Made by a program: the position numbers and the translations under genes. 64,000 nucleotides of DNA from a virus, in IMG/VR virus record IMGVR_UViG_3300043419_002186, positions 21,792 through 85,791 of that record. The stretch is one strand, 5' to 3'. A model generated the notes under the pieces. It did no database searches and had not been told where the DNA came from. It saw only the letters and a program-made list of their open reading frames with translations. Of this stretch, positions 9,272 to 18,150 are shown in pieces. Position 1 is the first letter of the stretch. Every line of letters starts with the position of its first letter.

Positions 9272-10163
9272 CGTAGACCTCATGCACTCTCTCGCGGGCA
9301 TCGCGAATCTCAGCGCTGCCCCAGCGTCCGACAAGGGCTTCGCGTCCGCGGCGAAGCGCCTTCCGAAGGAAGCGAAGGCCGAGTACAAGGCCATCGAGGA
9401 CCGCCTCAAGTCCGAGATCGACGCCTTCGAGGAGCGACAGAAGGAAGCGCTGGAAAAGCTCAAGGAGAAGCAGCGCGCCGCGCGCAAGGACTTCTTCCGC
9501 GCGTTCCCGCAAGCCCGCTATCTCTCCCCCGCGGAGCTGAAGAAGGCTCGCGAGGTCGTCAGCGCGTTCCTCCTCGGGAAGGAAGCTGGCAGCGAGGACA
9601 TGAAGACGGACGGTCTCTCGCTCGTCGTGGACGGTGCCGAAGTCGCCCGCCGCAACAGCATCAGCGACCGCTTCATCACCGTGTGCCCCGGAGAGTTCGG
9701 TGGCAAGGGCCGCGCCGAGCGTCGCGCCGCGAACGCCATCCTTGAGATGGTCGGCGCTGGCGTGCAGGTCTACGACCGTGACGGCGCCTCGTTCTTCGGC
9801 CCCCACGGCTCGAAGTCGGGCCGCGTGGTGTCGAGCGCGTGCCATCAGGTCGAGGTCGGCAAGAAGCTGCGCGACAGGGCGATGCAGGAAATCTACGGAC
9901 CCGCCATCGGCCCCGTGCGGCAGGAGTCGCGTGCTTCGCTCGACACGGGCGAGGGCATTCAGCTCAACCCGCTCGAAGCCCGCGCCATTGACCTTGAGGC
10001 CGAGGGCGTCGCGATGCGCGAGGGCAACCTCAAGCGTTATGGTCGCAAGCTCCGTGGCCGCAAGGCGTATCGTGCGAAGAAGGCCGCTGCCGCTGCCGAA
10101 GCTCGCAAGGCGGCGAAGAAGCCCGCGAAGAAGAAGGCCTCGAAGAAGAAGGCCAAGAAGTAA
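9261..10163 (+). CDS. Protein with histone-H1-like Lys/Ala-rich C-terminal tail
   Basis: GAGGAG RBS; LAGIA near N-terminus; ends KAAKKPAKKKASKKKAKK. Confidence 0.75.
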   Translation: MFGNVDLMHSLAGIANLSAAPASDKGFASAAKRLPKEAKAEYKAIEDRLKSEIDAFEERQKEALEKLKEKQRAARKDFFRAFPQARYLSPAELKKAREVVSAFLLGKEAGSEDMKTDGLSLVVDGAEVARRNSISDRFITVCPGEFGGKGRAERRAANAILEMVGAGVQVYDRDGASFFGPHGSKSGRVVSSACHQVEVGKKLRDRAMQEIYGPAIGPVRQESRASLDTGEGIQLNPLEARAIDLEAEGVAMREGNLKRYGRKLRGRKAYRAKKAAAAAEARKAAKKPAKKKASKKKAKK

Positions 10164-10240
10164 GCTGAATCGATTCGGGCGTTTGCGCCCATAACCGCGC
10201 CCCGTCGGGCGCAAGTACCCGAAAGGGAAGGAGCACGAAC

Positions 10241-10351
10241 ATGGCGATGAAGATGTGTCAGGTCAAGAAGGGCAAGAAGACGGTCACCAAGAAGGGCTGG
10301 CGTATCGCCAAGGGTGGCCGCTGCGTCAAGGCCAAGAAGCACAAGAAGTAA
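10241..10351 (+). CDS. 36-aa Lys-rich microprotein (absent from ORF track)
   Basis: AAGGAG RBS then MAMKMCQVKKGKKTVTKKGWRIAKGGRCVKAKKHKK*. Confidence 0.7.
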   Translation: MAMKMCQVKKGKKTVTKKGWRIAKGGRCVKAKKHKK

Positions 10352-10402
10352 GAACTCCGCGCCGACCCCCCGGCGCACGTCCCGCCACCCCTCGGGACAT
10401 TC

Positions 10403-10443
10403 GAAGGCCCGCTCTCCTCACGGAGGCGGGCCTTCGTCTTTTC
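10403..10443 (+). terminator. Intrinsic terminator between convergent genes
   Basis: GAAGGCCCGC...GCGGGCCTTC stem followed by GTCTTTT. Confidence 0.6.
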
Positions 10444-10458
10444 CCGCTGCACTCTCGG

Positions 10459-10773
10459 TTACTTCTCGCGCCTCGGGGTCGTGTCGAGAGGCCTCGATTC
10501 GTAGCCCTCGGGGTGGCTCGCGAAGGGCGCGTCATGCCACCAGTAGCGCATGCGCCGCATGACGGGGCGACCGCTCTCCGAGAAGACCCACTCGTAGGCT
10601 CGGCCAAGGTAGCCGCGCTCGAAGAGGGACAGGAGCGAGTGCTGGACGCTGCGAGGGGACGCGGAGGGGTTCTGCTCCAGCACGGCAGTGAGCGCGTCTT
10701 CCGAGAGGAAGCCCTCGGGATGCGCAACGGCGTAGGCCTCGATGGCGGGGACGGTTCGGTTCGGACGTGCCAT
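10459..10773 (-). CDS. Hypothetical protein (possible winged HTH) downstream of integrase
   Basis: 104 aa, closely coupled to the integrase stop. Confidence 0.55.
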   Translation of the reverse strand: MARPNRTVPAIEAYAVAHPEGFLSEDALTAVLEQNPSASPRSVQHSLLSLFERGYLGRAYEWVFSESGRPVMRRMRYWWHDAPFASHPEGYESRPLDTTPRREK

Positions 10774-10775
10774 CT

Positions 10776-11756
10776 CTACTTCTCCCGCGGCGTCAGCACC
10801 GCGCCCGCGCTCGTCTTGTCGAAGGCGTTCTCACGCTTGTCGTACCTGTTCAACGTCTCGACCCGTTTGTGGCCCGTGACCGACATCGTGTCCGCGTCGG
10901 AGACCTTGCGGGCCCTCGCCTCCGTCACGTGGCCGCTGCGAAGCGAGTGGCCCGCGAACTCGCGAGGGTCGAAGCCCGCGCGCCTTGCGGCAATCTTCAC
11001 GATGACCGCGATGGCATCCGGCGTCATGCAGCAGTCCTTCGGCTGACTGCTCCTGTTGAAGGGGCGGAAGACGGCTCCCGAATCGATTCGTGCCGCGATG
11101 AGCCATGCACGAAGCGCCGTCGCCGCACACAGCCCGCCCCCCTCGGTGACGAAGGGAATCGCCTTGAGCATGCCCTCGCCCCGCTGGTCCGTCTTTGAGC
11201 GACGCACCGTGACGAGGACGCCCTGCTCGGACCACTTGAGGTCCTGCATGTCGAGCCCCGCCAGCTCGGACCTGCGGAACGCGCCCGCGTAACCCATGAG
11301 GATGATGGCGCGGGCCCGAAGGCCATCGAGCGTGTTCGGGTTGCAGGTCGAGACCATCTTCTCGACCTTCGCCAGCGTGGCGGGCGCCTTCGCCTGTGTC
11401 GCGATGCCGAAGGTGCGCTCGATGCCCTTCATCACGGCCTTGACCGACTCCGTGGAGCACGGGTTCGGGTGGTTCGCGATGGCGTGCATCTTCGCGATGG
11501 CCGCGAGGCGACGGCGCAGGGTCGCTGGCTTCACCCTCTTCGCGTCGTCCGCGAGGAAGGCGGCGATGGTGACCGGGTTCGCGGGCATCGGCACTGCCTT
11601 GTGGGCACGGCACCAGTCATTGAACTCGGCCCAGTCGGAGGCGTAGGCGCGCCGCGTGTTCTCGGGGATGCTGTCGCGGATGAAGTCGCGAGCCTCCTCG
11701 ATGGGCTTCGCAAGTGCCGCGGGGACGGACGAATCGATTCGGATGAGGTCGCTCAT
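10776..11756 (-). CDS. Tyrosine recombinase/integrase
   Basis: N-terminal SAM-like domain (NTRRAYASDW); catalytic R (FRRSEL), K (RRSKTDQ), HxxR (HSLRSG), H (TGH), Y (LNRY). Confidence 0.95.
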   Translation of the reverse strand: MSDLIRIDSSVPAALAKPIEEARDFIRDSIPENTRRAYASDWAEFNDWCRAHKAVPMPANPVTIAAFLADDAKRVKPATLRRRLAAIAKMHAIANHPNPCSTESVKAVMKGIERTFGIATQAKAPATLAKVEKMVSTCNPNTLDGLRARAIILMGYAGAFRRSELAGLDMQDLKWSEQGVLVTVRRSKTDQRGEGMLKAIPFVTEGGGLCAATALRAWLIAARIDSGAVFRPFNRSSQPKDCCMTPDAIAVIVKIAARRAGFDPREFAGHSLRSGHVTEARARKVSDADTMSVTGHKRVETLNRYDKRENAFDKTSAGAVLTPREK

Positions 11757-11793
11757 TCCTGCATGTTATCACGAGCCAAGTCCGACGCCCACC

Positions 11794-12048
11794 TCACACC
11801 TGCCTGAGACGCCCCGCGACGCACGCACGCACCAGCCGCTCCGCAACCTCGTACTTCTCGACGTAGCCCTCGTCCGTCGCATGGATGCTGACGACGCCCT
11901 CGACGCCCGTCTCTTCCCACCCCGAATCGAGAAGCTGCGGCAGGACCTCGCGGGTGGCCGAGGCGTACACGTGGGGGTAGAGTGCCCATATCGCGATGGC
12001 GTCCTGCTTCGGAAAGCGGGCGCAGTGCTCAAGGAAGGTCGGTGCCAT
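11794..12048 (-). CDS. Small hypothetical protein
   Basis: MAPTFLEHC... 84 aa with protein-like composition; start uncertain. Confidence 0.4.
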   Translation of the reverse strand: MAPTFLEHCARFPKQDAIAIWALYPHVYASATREVLPQLLDSGWEETGVEGVVSIHATDEGYVEKYEVAERLVRACVAGRLRQV

Positions 12049-12630
12049 ATGGGTCGGGGTCTTGCTGGTCTGTCCGCGTACTTTGCTCATCACAGGTCTC
12101 CTCGGGGAATGGGTGCCGGTCTCGACGAGGCTTCGCCCGCCGTCATCGGCTGGATTGGAATGGACTTCGGTCAGTACCAGCGCGCGTTCCCCCTCGCAGA
12201 GGCTCGGGACGCGGCTCGGAAGATTGTCGAGGTCTACTTCCGAGGCGCCACGTTCTTCAACAGCACGGGCGCTTGGGAAGGGACCGAGAACGGCGGCATG
12301 GCAGTGCAGCTCTACTCCCCCGTGCGAGGCGACGACGACCCCGCGACGCTGGACTTCATCAACCGCATGCGCGCCGCGGCGTGGCACATCAAGAAGGCCT
12401 TCGAGCAGTACGCCGTCTCCGTTGTGACGCAGCTCCCCAGCGGGAAGAGCTACGTCGAGTTCGTGGGAGAGGACACGAAGAAGGTCCCCACCGCTGAGCA
12501 GTCGCGCCTCTACACGAAGAGCGAGTACACGAAGAAGCTCTACCCCGCGCTCAGCAAGTCGCTGCAGCGGGCCCACTCACGAAGGCTCTCGGTGCCGACG
12601 GTCGTGGACCCGGCGAACCTCGTTCGGTAG
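12049..12630 (+). CDS. DUF3574-like protein with N-terminal GLAGLS/GMGAG leader
   Basis: AAGGAAGG RBS; YFRGATFFNSTGAWEG resembles the DUF3574 motif. Confidence 0.55.
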   Translation: MGRGLAGLSAYFAHHRSPRGMGAGLDEASPAVIGWIGMDFGQYQRAFPLAEARDAARKIVEVYFRGATFFNSTGAWEGTENGGMAVQLYSPVRGDDDPATLDFINRMRAAAWHIKKAFEQYAVSVVTQLPSGKSYVEFVGEDTKKVPTAEQSRLYTKSEYTKKLYPALSKSLQRAHSRRLSVPTVVDPANLVR

Positions 12631-12657
12631 CGCGCACCCCCCGGCCCCCGGCCAAGT

Positions 12658-12693
12658 GAAAGCCCCCGCCGCCCGAAGGCAGCGGGGGCTTCG
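12658..12693. terminator. Hairpin/terminator between convergent blocks
   Basis: AAGCCCCCGC...GCGGGGGCTT inverted repeat. Confidence 0.5.
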
Positions 12694-12704
12694 CCGTTCC
12701 AAGG

Positions 12705-13094
12705 TCAGACGCGCAGGTGCGAAGGGACCTTCTCGAACTCCCTTCGCATCACATCGTCAAGCGTCGGCCTCGGGTGGTCCCCGTCCCACACGCTCTTCTT
12801 CTTCAGCGGGGCCCGCAGACGGCCCGACTCCTCTCGAAGCTCGCGGCGCACGCGGCCGTCGTAGTCGTCCATGCACTCCTTCGAGCAGAAGAAGCCGAAG
12901 GCGTCAGCGTCCGCCTCTCGCCTCTCGCACTCGATGCACGGGTCCTCCAGCTCGGGCTTCGGCAGCGGCGTCGAGGAGAGCCCCATGTCCAGCCGCGTGT
13001 TCCGCAGCAGGTTCGCGAGGGCACCTGAGAAGGCGCGCTCCTTCAAGTGCTCCTCGACCAGCTCCTTGAGCAGCGCGTCGCACATCATGCACAT
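12705..13094 (-). CDS. Hypothetical Zn-finger protein
   Basis: CMMC, CIEC...FCSKEC. Confidence 0.6.
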   Translation of the reverse strand: MCMMCDALLKELVEEHLKERAFSGALANLLRNTRLDMGLSSTPLPKPELEDPCIECERREADADAFGFFCSKECMDDYDGRVRRELREESGRLRAPLKKKSVWDGDHPRPTLDDVMRREFEKVPSHLRV

Positions 13095-13330
13095 CAGTGG
13101 CCTCCCTTCGGCATCACGGCCGTGCCGCGGATGATGAGCTGCTCCGTGTCACTCGCCTGTCCCCTGTCCTTGCTCCATGGCACGTGCCCCACCTCGGGTG
13201 CCTCGTCCGAGAGGATGATGTGCGCGCAGTACGTCATGCAGCCCACGAAGACCGCGAGCAGCAGGAGCAGCATCGTCCCGTAGAGCGTGAAGGGGTTCTT
13301 CTTCCGAATCGATTCGAGTGCTCGTCCCAT
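13094..13330 (-). CDS. Small membrane protein
   Basis: Single TM LLLLLAVFVGCM; RBS AGGAGG. Confidence 0.6.
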   Translation of the reverse strand: MGRALESIRKKNPFTLYGTMLLLLLAVFVGCMTYCAHIILSDEAPEVGHVPWSKDRGQASDTEQLIIRGTAVMPKGGH

Positions 13331-13331
13331 G

Positions 13332-13862
13332 TCAGTCCTCCTTCTTGAACGCGTCGAGCCGCTCGAAGCCGCCCTGTCCCTTGAACGCCTCGACCGTCTG
13401 CCTCGTCCACCACGGGGGCATCGACTCCCCGAAGGACGCGATGCGGTCGCCCTGCCCGATGACACCCCCTACGGGGACCCCGTGCACATTGCGCGCGTGG
13501 CAGGTGAGCACGTCCGTGTCAGTGCCGACGACGAGGATGGTCACCTCGTAGCCGAAGGCCTCCGCGACCGCGTAGTACGGGGCCACCTCGCCCAGCGACG
13601 TGTTCGTGTTGTCCACGACGACCACGTCGGACTTGGGGTGTTCGGCCACCGCGGCGACGAACGAGCGGATGCACGCCCCGTGTGCCTCGCCCAGCAGCGA
13701 GGGGTCGAACTTGTAGGTGCGCGTCTCGGGGTGGAGGAAGAAGTCGTCCGCGCTGACGATGACGCCCTGCCCGACGCGGAGACCCGCGACGAGCTGCTGT
13801 GCCAGCGTGCTCTTGCCCGCGCCGCTGACGCCCTGAAGGATGAAGACCTGCCGATTGCCCAT
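13332..13862 (-). CDS. P-loop kinase (AAA_33 / polynucleotide-kinase / N4BP2-like)
   Basis: GVSGAGKST, SADDFF, VVDNTN, RNVHGVP. Confidence 0.85.
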   Translation of the reverse strand: MGNRQVFILQGVSGAGKSTLAQQLVAGLRVGQGVIVSADDFFLHPETRTYKFDPSLLGEAHGACIRSFVAAVAEHPKSDVVVVDNTNTSLGEVAPYYAVAEAFGYEVTILVVGTDTDVLTCHARNVHGVPVGGVIGQGDRIASFGESMPPWWTRQTVEAFKGQGGFERLDAFKKED

Positions 13863-13948
13863 GTCACTACTCCTCGCGGCCTTGGCCGCTTCCTGCATTC
13901 CCCCCGCCCCACAATGGGGCGGGGGGTCGTTCTGTGAATCGATTCGGA

Positions 13949-14578
13949 CTACGCCTCTTTGACGAGGATGAGTGCGCCCGATAGCCCGGTATCCCCAACG
14001 CAGACCGCGTCGGCGCCCTTCTTCTCGGGGTTGAACACCACCGCGGCATTCGAAGGTGAGACGCTGTTGGGGCCGCTCTCAAGCCACACCCAGTTCCTGA
14101 GTCCACCGAAGCCGGGCAGCAGCTCGCTGATGGGCTTCTGCATCGAGAGGGCCTCCTGCAGCTTGAGGAGCCTCCAGCCCTCCTTCGCGAACGCCGCCAC
14201 GTTGGAGTGGGTGGCGTGGTCCTTCACGAACCGAAGTCGAAGGCCTCCCCACTTCTCCTCCTGAGTGCCCTCCGAGAGGGGAGGCGCGTAGGTCTCGGGC
14301 TTGCCGTAGGCGTCCACCCTCTCCTGCAGCAGACGGATGAGGTCCTTGTTGTAGCCGGGGCTCATTCCAGCGATGCCCTCGACCACGGGTGCCGCGGGCA
14401 TGCGGTCGGTGAACTTCTGCAGGAACTCGACGTGCCTCTCTCGCGTGACGAGGGCCTCGTAGACGATGGTGCCGAGGGCCCCCGCCCCCTTGTGCTGGAT
14501 GAAGCGGTTGATGAGGGTGGTGAGCTGTGCGCCGCTGATGGTGTCAGCGAGGGTCGTTTCCGAAATCTCGATCTTCAT
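13949..14578 (-). CDS. Hypothetical protein
   Basis: 209 aa, AGGAG RBS. Confidence 0.7.
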   Translation of the reverse strand: MKIEISETTLADTISGAQLTTLINRFIQHKGAGALGTIVYEALVTRERHVEFLQKFTDRMPAAPVVEGIAGMSPGYNKDLIRLLQERVDAYGKPETYAPPLSEGTQEEKWGGLRLRFVKDHATHSNVAAFAKEGWRLLKLQEALSMQKPISELLPGFGGLRNWVWLESGPNSVSPSNAAVVFNPEKKGADAVCVGDTGLSGALILVKEA

Positions 14579-14644
14579 GTGTCTCTCCTGTCGTTGCCCC
14601 CGCCCCACCACGGGGAGGGGGGCCATTCGGTGAATCGATTCGAG

Positions 14645-15202
14645 CTAGACGGGGAACGGGTCCGAAATCTCGCCCAGCCTGAAGGCAAGCTCCGCGGCCA
14701 GCTCCCCGTCCGTCAGACGGTCCAGCAGGGCCCTCGCGAAGCAGCTCCTCGCGCCCTCGTAGCTGTCCACGGCACCAGCCTCCGTCGCCAGCGGGTCGAG
14801 CAGGTCATCGAGGTGGAAGTCCTCGCGCTCCAAGGCCTCCTGCACCTGCTTCACGGTGAGGGGCTTGGGCTTTGCGGCCTCGTCCAGCTTCTCCGCGCAG
14901 GGGCGGCAGACGAGCCCCTCGACGGAGATGCCCGTGGAGGTCTCGAAGGGGCGCGAGGTGAGGTCGAACCACGGGAACTTGCGCCAGCAGCGGGAGCAGT
15001 CACGCGGGGGCTCGGGGGACGGCAGTGGCTTTGAGACGAGGACGGCGGTGGGCACCGCGGCGGGCACTGCGCGCTTCGCCTCGTCCTCGTACTCTTCGCG
15101 CTGCACCGCGAGGCAGGGCTCACAGGTGAGCTGACCCACGACGTTGAGAGTCCCCTCGTCAAAGCCTTCGCCGCACGCCTCGCACACGTTCTCGGTTTCC
15201 AT
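14645..15202 (-). CDS. Hypothetical protein with two Zn-ribbon motifs
   Basis: CEAC/CEPC and CSRC/CRPC; GAGGAG RBS. Confidence 0.7.
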   Translation of the reverse strand: METENVCEACGEGFDEGTLNVVGQLTCEPCLAVQREEYEDEAKRAVPAAVPTAVLVSKPLPSPEPPRDCSRCWRKFPWFDLTSRPFETSTGISVEGLVCRPCAEKLDEAAKPKPLTVKQVQEALEREDFHLDDLLDPLATEAGAVDSYEGARSCFARALLDRLTDGELAAELAFRLGEISDPFPV

Positions 15203-15385
15203 CTTCAGTCTCCTCGCGCCCTTGGGCGCTTCCTGTTCGTACTGACGTTCGAGCCTTCCTGCCTCTGACAGGAAGGGTTGGGGTCCATCGGGGGCCCGCC
15301 CATCCCCCACCACTCTCGGCCTTGGCCTCTGATAATACCCCTTATCGTGGGTCGAGGCTACACCCCGGACCCGGATGGACCCGGC

Positions 15386-15805
15386 TCAGGGCTCGGGGTA
15401 CAGGCACAGTCCCATCCCCTCGCGAATGGCTTCGGTGCCTCTCGCGGTGCCCGCGGCCTTCGCACGCACCAGCGACTGCGCGTAGCCCTCCTGTCGGAAG
15501 AACTCGCTGCCACCACCCGCGATGACCCACATGTGGGTCGCACCCTCGGGCCACGAAGGCTGCGGCTGGTCGAAGACGCGGACGAGGATGCACTTGTCCC
15601 CGTCGAGGATGAGGGCCCTCTCCCAAAAGTCGTTGACCTGCTCCCACTTGCTGGTGAAGAGGCCAGCCACGGGCACCAGCTTGCCCTCGGCCCACTTCGC
15701 GTAGGCCTCTGCGTGGGCGTCGTGCAGCTCGCCGCAGAGGTCGCAGCGCTCGAAGGGCTCGCGCCCATGGGGGCAGGGCCCGAAGAACCAGTCGGGGTTC
15801 AGCAT
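15386..15805 (-). CDS. Hypothetical protein
   Basis: 139-aa ORF in leftward operon. Confidence 0.6.
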   Translation of the reverse strand: MLNPDWFFGPCPHGREPFERCDLCGELHDAHAEAYAKWAEGKLVPVAGLFTSKWEQVNDFWERALILDGDKCILVRVFDQPQPSWPEGATHMWVIAGGGSEFFRQEGYAQSLVRAKAAGTARGTEAIREGMGLCLYPEP

Positions 15806-15999
15806 GCCTTGTCTCCCTGCGCCTTCTTCAGGCGGCGCACCTCGGCGTTCAGCCGACGCACCTCGACGAGCAGGGCTTCGAAGTTCTGCTTGTGAAGCTC
15901 GCGGAACCCCTCGTCACCCTCCTGCCACTCGTAGAACACCTTCCCCATGATTCGAAGCTGCTTCTCGGTCATGGGTGCCTTCGGCTTGAAGTTGCTCAT
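15799..15999 (-). CDS. Small Ead/Ea22-like coiled-coil protein
   Basis: MTEKQLRI...ALLVEVRRL; GGAGGAG RBS. Confidence 0.55.
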   Translation of the reverse strand: MSNFKPKAPMTEKQLRIMGKVFYEWQEGDEGFRELHKQNFEALLVEVRRLNAEVRRLKKAQGDKAC

Positions 16000-16418
16000 G
16001 TCTCCTCCCGAATCGATTCGCGGACAGCGTGCTGCCCGCACTCGAAGCACACGGGCGTGTCGCCTTCCCACATGCAGCCCTGCTTCGCCTCGAAGACGCC
16101 GCAGGTGCACTCGAACCACTCCCCGACGACGAGCACCTTGCGTCTGCGGGGCCCGTACTTGGCGAAGGCCACGGGGACGCCCGCGTCACGGATGCGGACG
16201 AGGAGGGTCCGTCGAGAGCCCGCGTAACTGGAGGCGTACTGCTTTGCCTTGCCCCGCAGCCCCGTGCCGCTCCACGCCTCGTTGCCCGCGAGGATGCTGC
16301 ACTGATAGTCGCCCTGCGCGAAGGCCGACAGGTCGATGGGGTTGCCGAAGTGGACGACGTTCTTGCCGTCGTCGTGATGGGGGCTCAGGTGCCCCAGCTC
16401 GGGCATGTCGTAGCTCAT
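15996..16418 (-). CDS. Hypothetical protein with C-terminal Zn ribbon
   Basis: CTCG...CFEC. Confidence 0.6.
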   Translation of the reverse strand: MSYDMPELGHLSPHHDDGKNVVHFGNPIDLSAFAQGDYQCSILAGNEAWSGTGLRGKAKQYASSYAGSRRTLLVRIRDAGVPVAFAKYGPRRRKVLVVGEWFECTCGVFEAKQGCMWEGDTPVCFECGQHAVRESIREET

Positions 16419-16419
16419 G

Positions 16420-16929
16420 TCACTGCTCCTTGCGGGGAGTGCGCGCAGTCGGCCCCCCGCCGTGGCACTGCTTGCTGATGGCATCGACGGGGACGAGGCT
16501 CTCCTCGACGGAGGGGTCGTCCCACTTGACCTTCACGTTCTTGATGCAGCGCAGCGTGACCACCGCGACCACCTCGCCATGCAGGTGCCGCGTGGGCACG
16601 GGGCCGATGGCGTTGATGACCTGCACGCAGACGCGGTCGCCTTCCTTCGGGTCCGCGAGAGAGCCAGCGGCACGGGGGCACTCGTCGTCGTGCCCCTCAC
16701 CAACGAGGCACCAGCAGGAGACGTCCTGCGGACGCTTGGCGATGCCCCACTCGTTCCCCTTGTCGATGAGCGCGCTGCCGTCTCGGAAGACGTAGCGCGT
16801 CTGATGCCCCCGCGTGTCCACGAAGGCGCCATTGCCTGTCGCGAGTGTCTTGAGGTTCTGCCGTCCCACCGCGGGCGTGATGTGCGGTGTGCTGTCGATG
16901 CGCTTTGCGATGTGCTCTGCCTTGGTCAT
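16420..16929 (-). CDS. Hypothetical protein
   Basis: MTKAEHIAK..., AGGA RBS. Confidence 0.6.
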   Translation of the reverse strand: MTKAEHIAKRIDSTPHITPAVGRQNLKTLATGNGAFVDTRGHQTRYVFRDGSALIDKGNEWGIAKRPQDVSCWCLVGEGHDDECPRAAGSLADPKEGDRVCVQVINAIGPVPTRHLHGEVVAVVTLRCIKNVKVKWDDPSVEESLVPVDAISKQCHGGGPTARTPRKEQ

Positions 16930-16967
16930 TGGGGTGTTCCTGTCCGAATCGATTCGTAGGTTGGGTG

Positions 16968-18080
16968 TCACTCGTCCGTGCTGGTCATGTAGTCGGGGAC
17001 CTCTTCCATGCGGATGCGCGCCGCGGGCAGCAGCAGACGCCCGTCGGAGGGAAGCTCGAAGACGAGGCACGTCTTCCCCTTCTCGCTCACGCCGACACCG
17101 AACGTCGGCTTCGAGTCGAGCAGCAGCGCCGTCTGCAGGTCGAGGCCCTTGGCCACGTGGCAGAAGCCCTCGTCCGCCTCGGCGTCCTTCGCGAGGTCGA
17201 AGCCGTAGTTCTCCGACTTGCGGACGTTCCATGCGCTGGCGACACCCGACACGGTGAGCCCGTGCGGCGTCGAGACGAGGAGCGTGTAGTCGGCCTTCTC
17301 CTGCCTGTCGCGGGAGACCTTGCGCTCCTTCGCGTCGTGGTGCTCCTTCACGGGAGCGCTCATGCGCTTGGCCTTGTCGAGCGACTCGCGGCTGACGCGG
17401 GCGTAGGCGACGGGCTCAATCGAGGCCACGTCGAGCACCTCGCTGAAGTCGAACCACTCTTGCTCGCAGCGGATGGCGACGGTGGCGTGCGTCGTCGTGA
17501 AGCTGCTCGTCGTGTTGACGAACATGGTGTGCTCGACGTCATCGAAGCCGAAGCGGACGAGAGGGGCCCCGTAGTCGGGCATGCGCTCCTTCTCGGAGAG
17601 GGCGCGCCGGTAGTCGTACGTCTGCAGCATCGCGAGCGTGAAGGCGAGGCGAGGCACCGCGGCGAAGGCACCCTGCGTCTTCTCCGCGAGCAGGGGCAGC
17701 TCGCATGGGGCGATGAAGATGCGGTTGGGCGTGAAGGCCACCGCGGTCGTGCCGTTGAAGTAGAAGTAGCCGTCGCTGACGCAGGGCTCAGCGTCGTCGA
17801 TGGTGGCGAACGTGAGCCCCAGCAGCACGTCCTCGGGCAGCGTGTCGCACACCGCCTCCTTGAGGTCGGGAATCGGGATGGGGGACCCGCGGCTGTAGCT
17901 GCGCTCCGAGAAGGGCGTGAACGTCGAGAAGTTCGTGCCGTCGATGGTGAGCGTCACGTCGTGGCGCTCGTAGGTCGCGAGCTTCGAGGCCTTGTCCGCG
18001 GACCAGCTACCCACTGACGCGAGAGAGATGAGGCCACGTCCGAGAACGGCGTTCGTCTTGAGCTTCTTGATAAGTCCCAT
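16968..18080 (-). CDS. Hypothetical 370-aa beta-rich protein, possibly a divergent sliding clamp
   Basis: Size and YFNGTTAVAFTPNRI loosely resemble the beta-clamp ATDGxRL region; function call is weak. Confidence 0.5.
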   Translation of the reverse strand: MGLIKKLKTNAVLGRGLISLASVGSWSADKASKLATYERHDVTLTIDGTNFSTFTPFSERSYSRGSPIPIPDLKEAVCDTLPEDVLLGLTFATIDDAEPCVSDGYFYFNGTTAVAFTPNRIFIAPCELPLLAEKTQGAFAAVPRLAFTLAMLQTYDYRRALSEKERMPDYGAPLVRFGFDDVEHTMFVNTTSSFTTTHATVAIRCEQEWFDFSEVLDVASIEPVAYARVSRESLDKAKRMSAPVKEHHDAKERKVSRDRQEKADYTLLVSTPHGLTVSGVASAWNVRKSENYGFDLAKDAEADEGFCHVAKGLDLQTALLLDSKPTFGVGVSEKGKTCLVFELPSDGRLLLPAARIRMEEVPDYMTSTDE

Positions 18081-18150
18081 CTGTCACTCCGTGCCCCGTG
18101 GGGCCTTGCAGGTCCCTCCCCCGCAGGGGAGGGCTCTGTGAATCGATTCG

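Noticed and set aside
10352-10458. attP/attL next to the integrase
   Set aside because: No tRNA fragment or host-virus boundary is visible and both sides look viral, so an att site cannot be assigned.
16968-18080. Naming this gene dnaN
   Set aside because: Only the size and one loose motif agree, which is not enough without a profile search.
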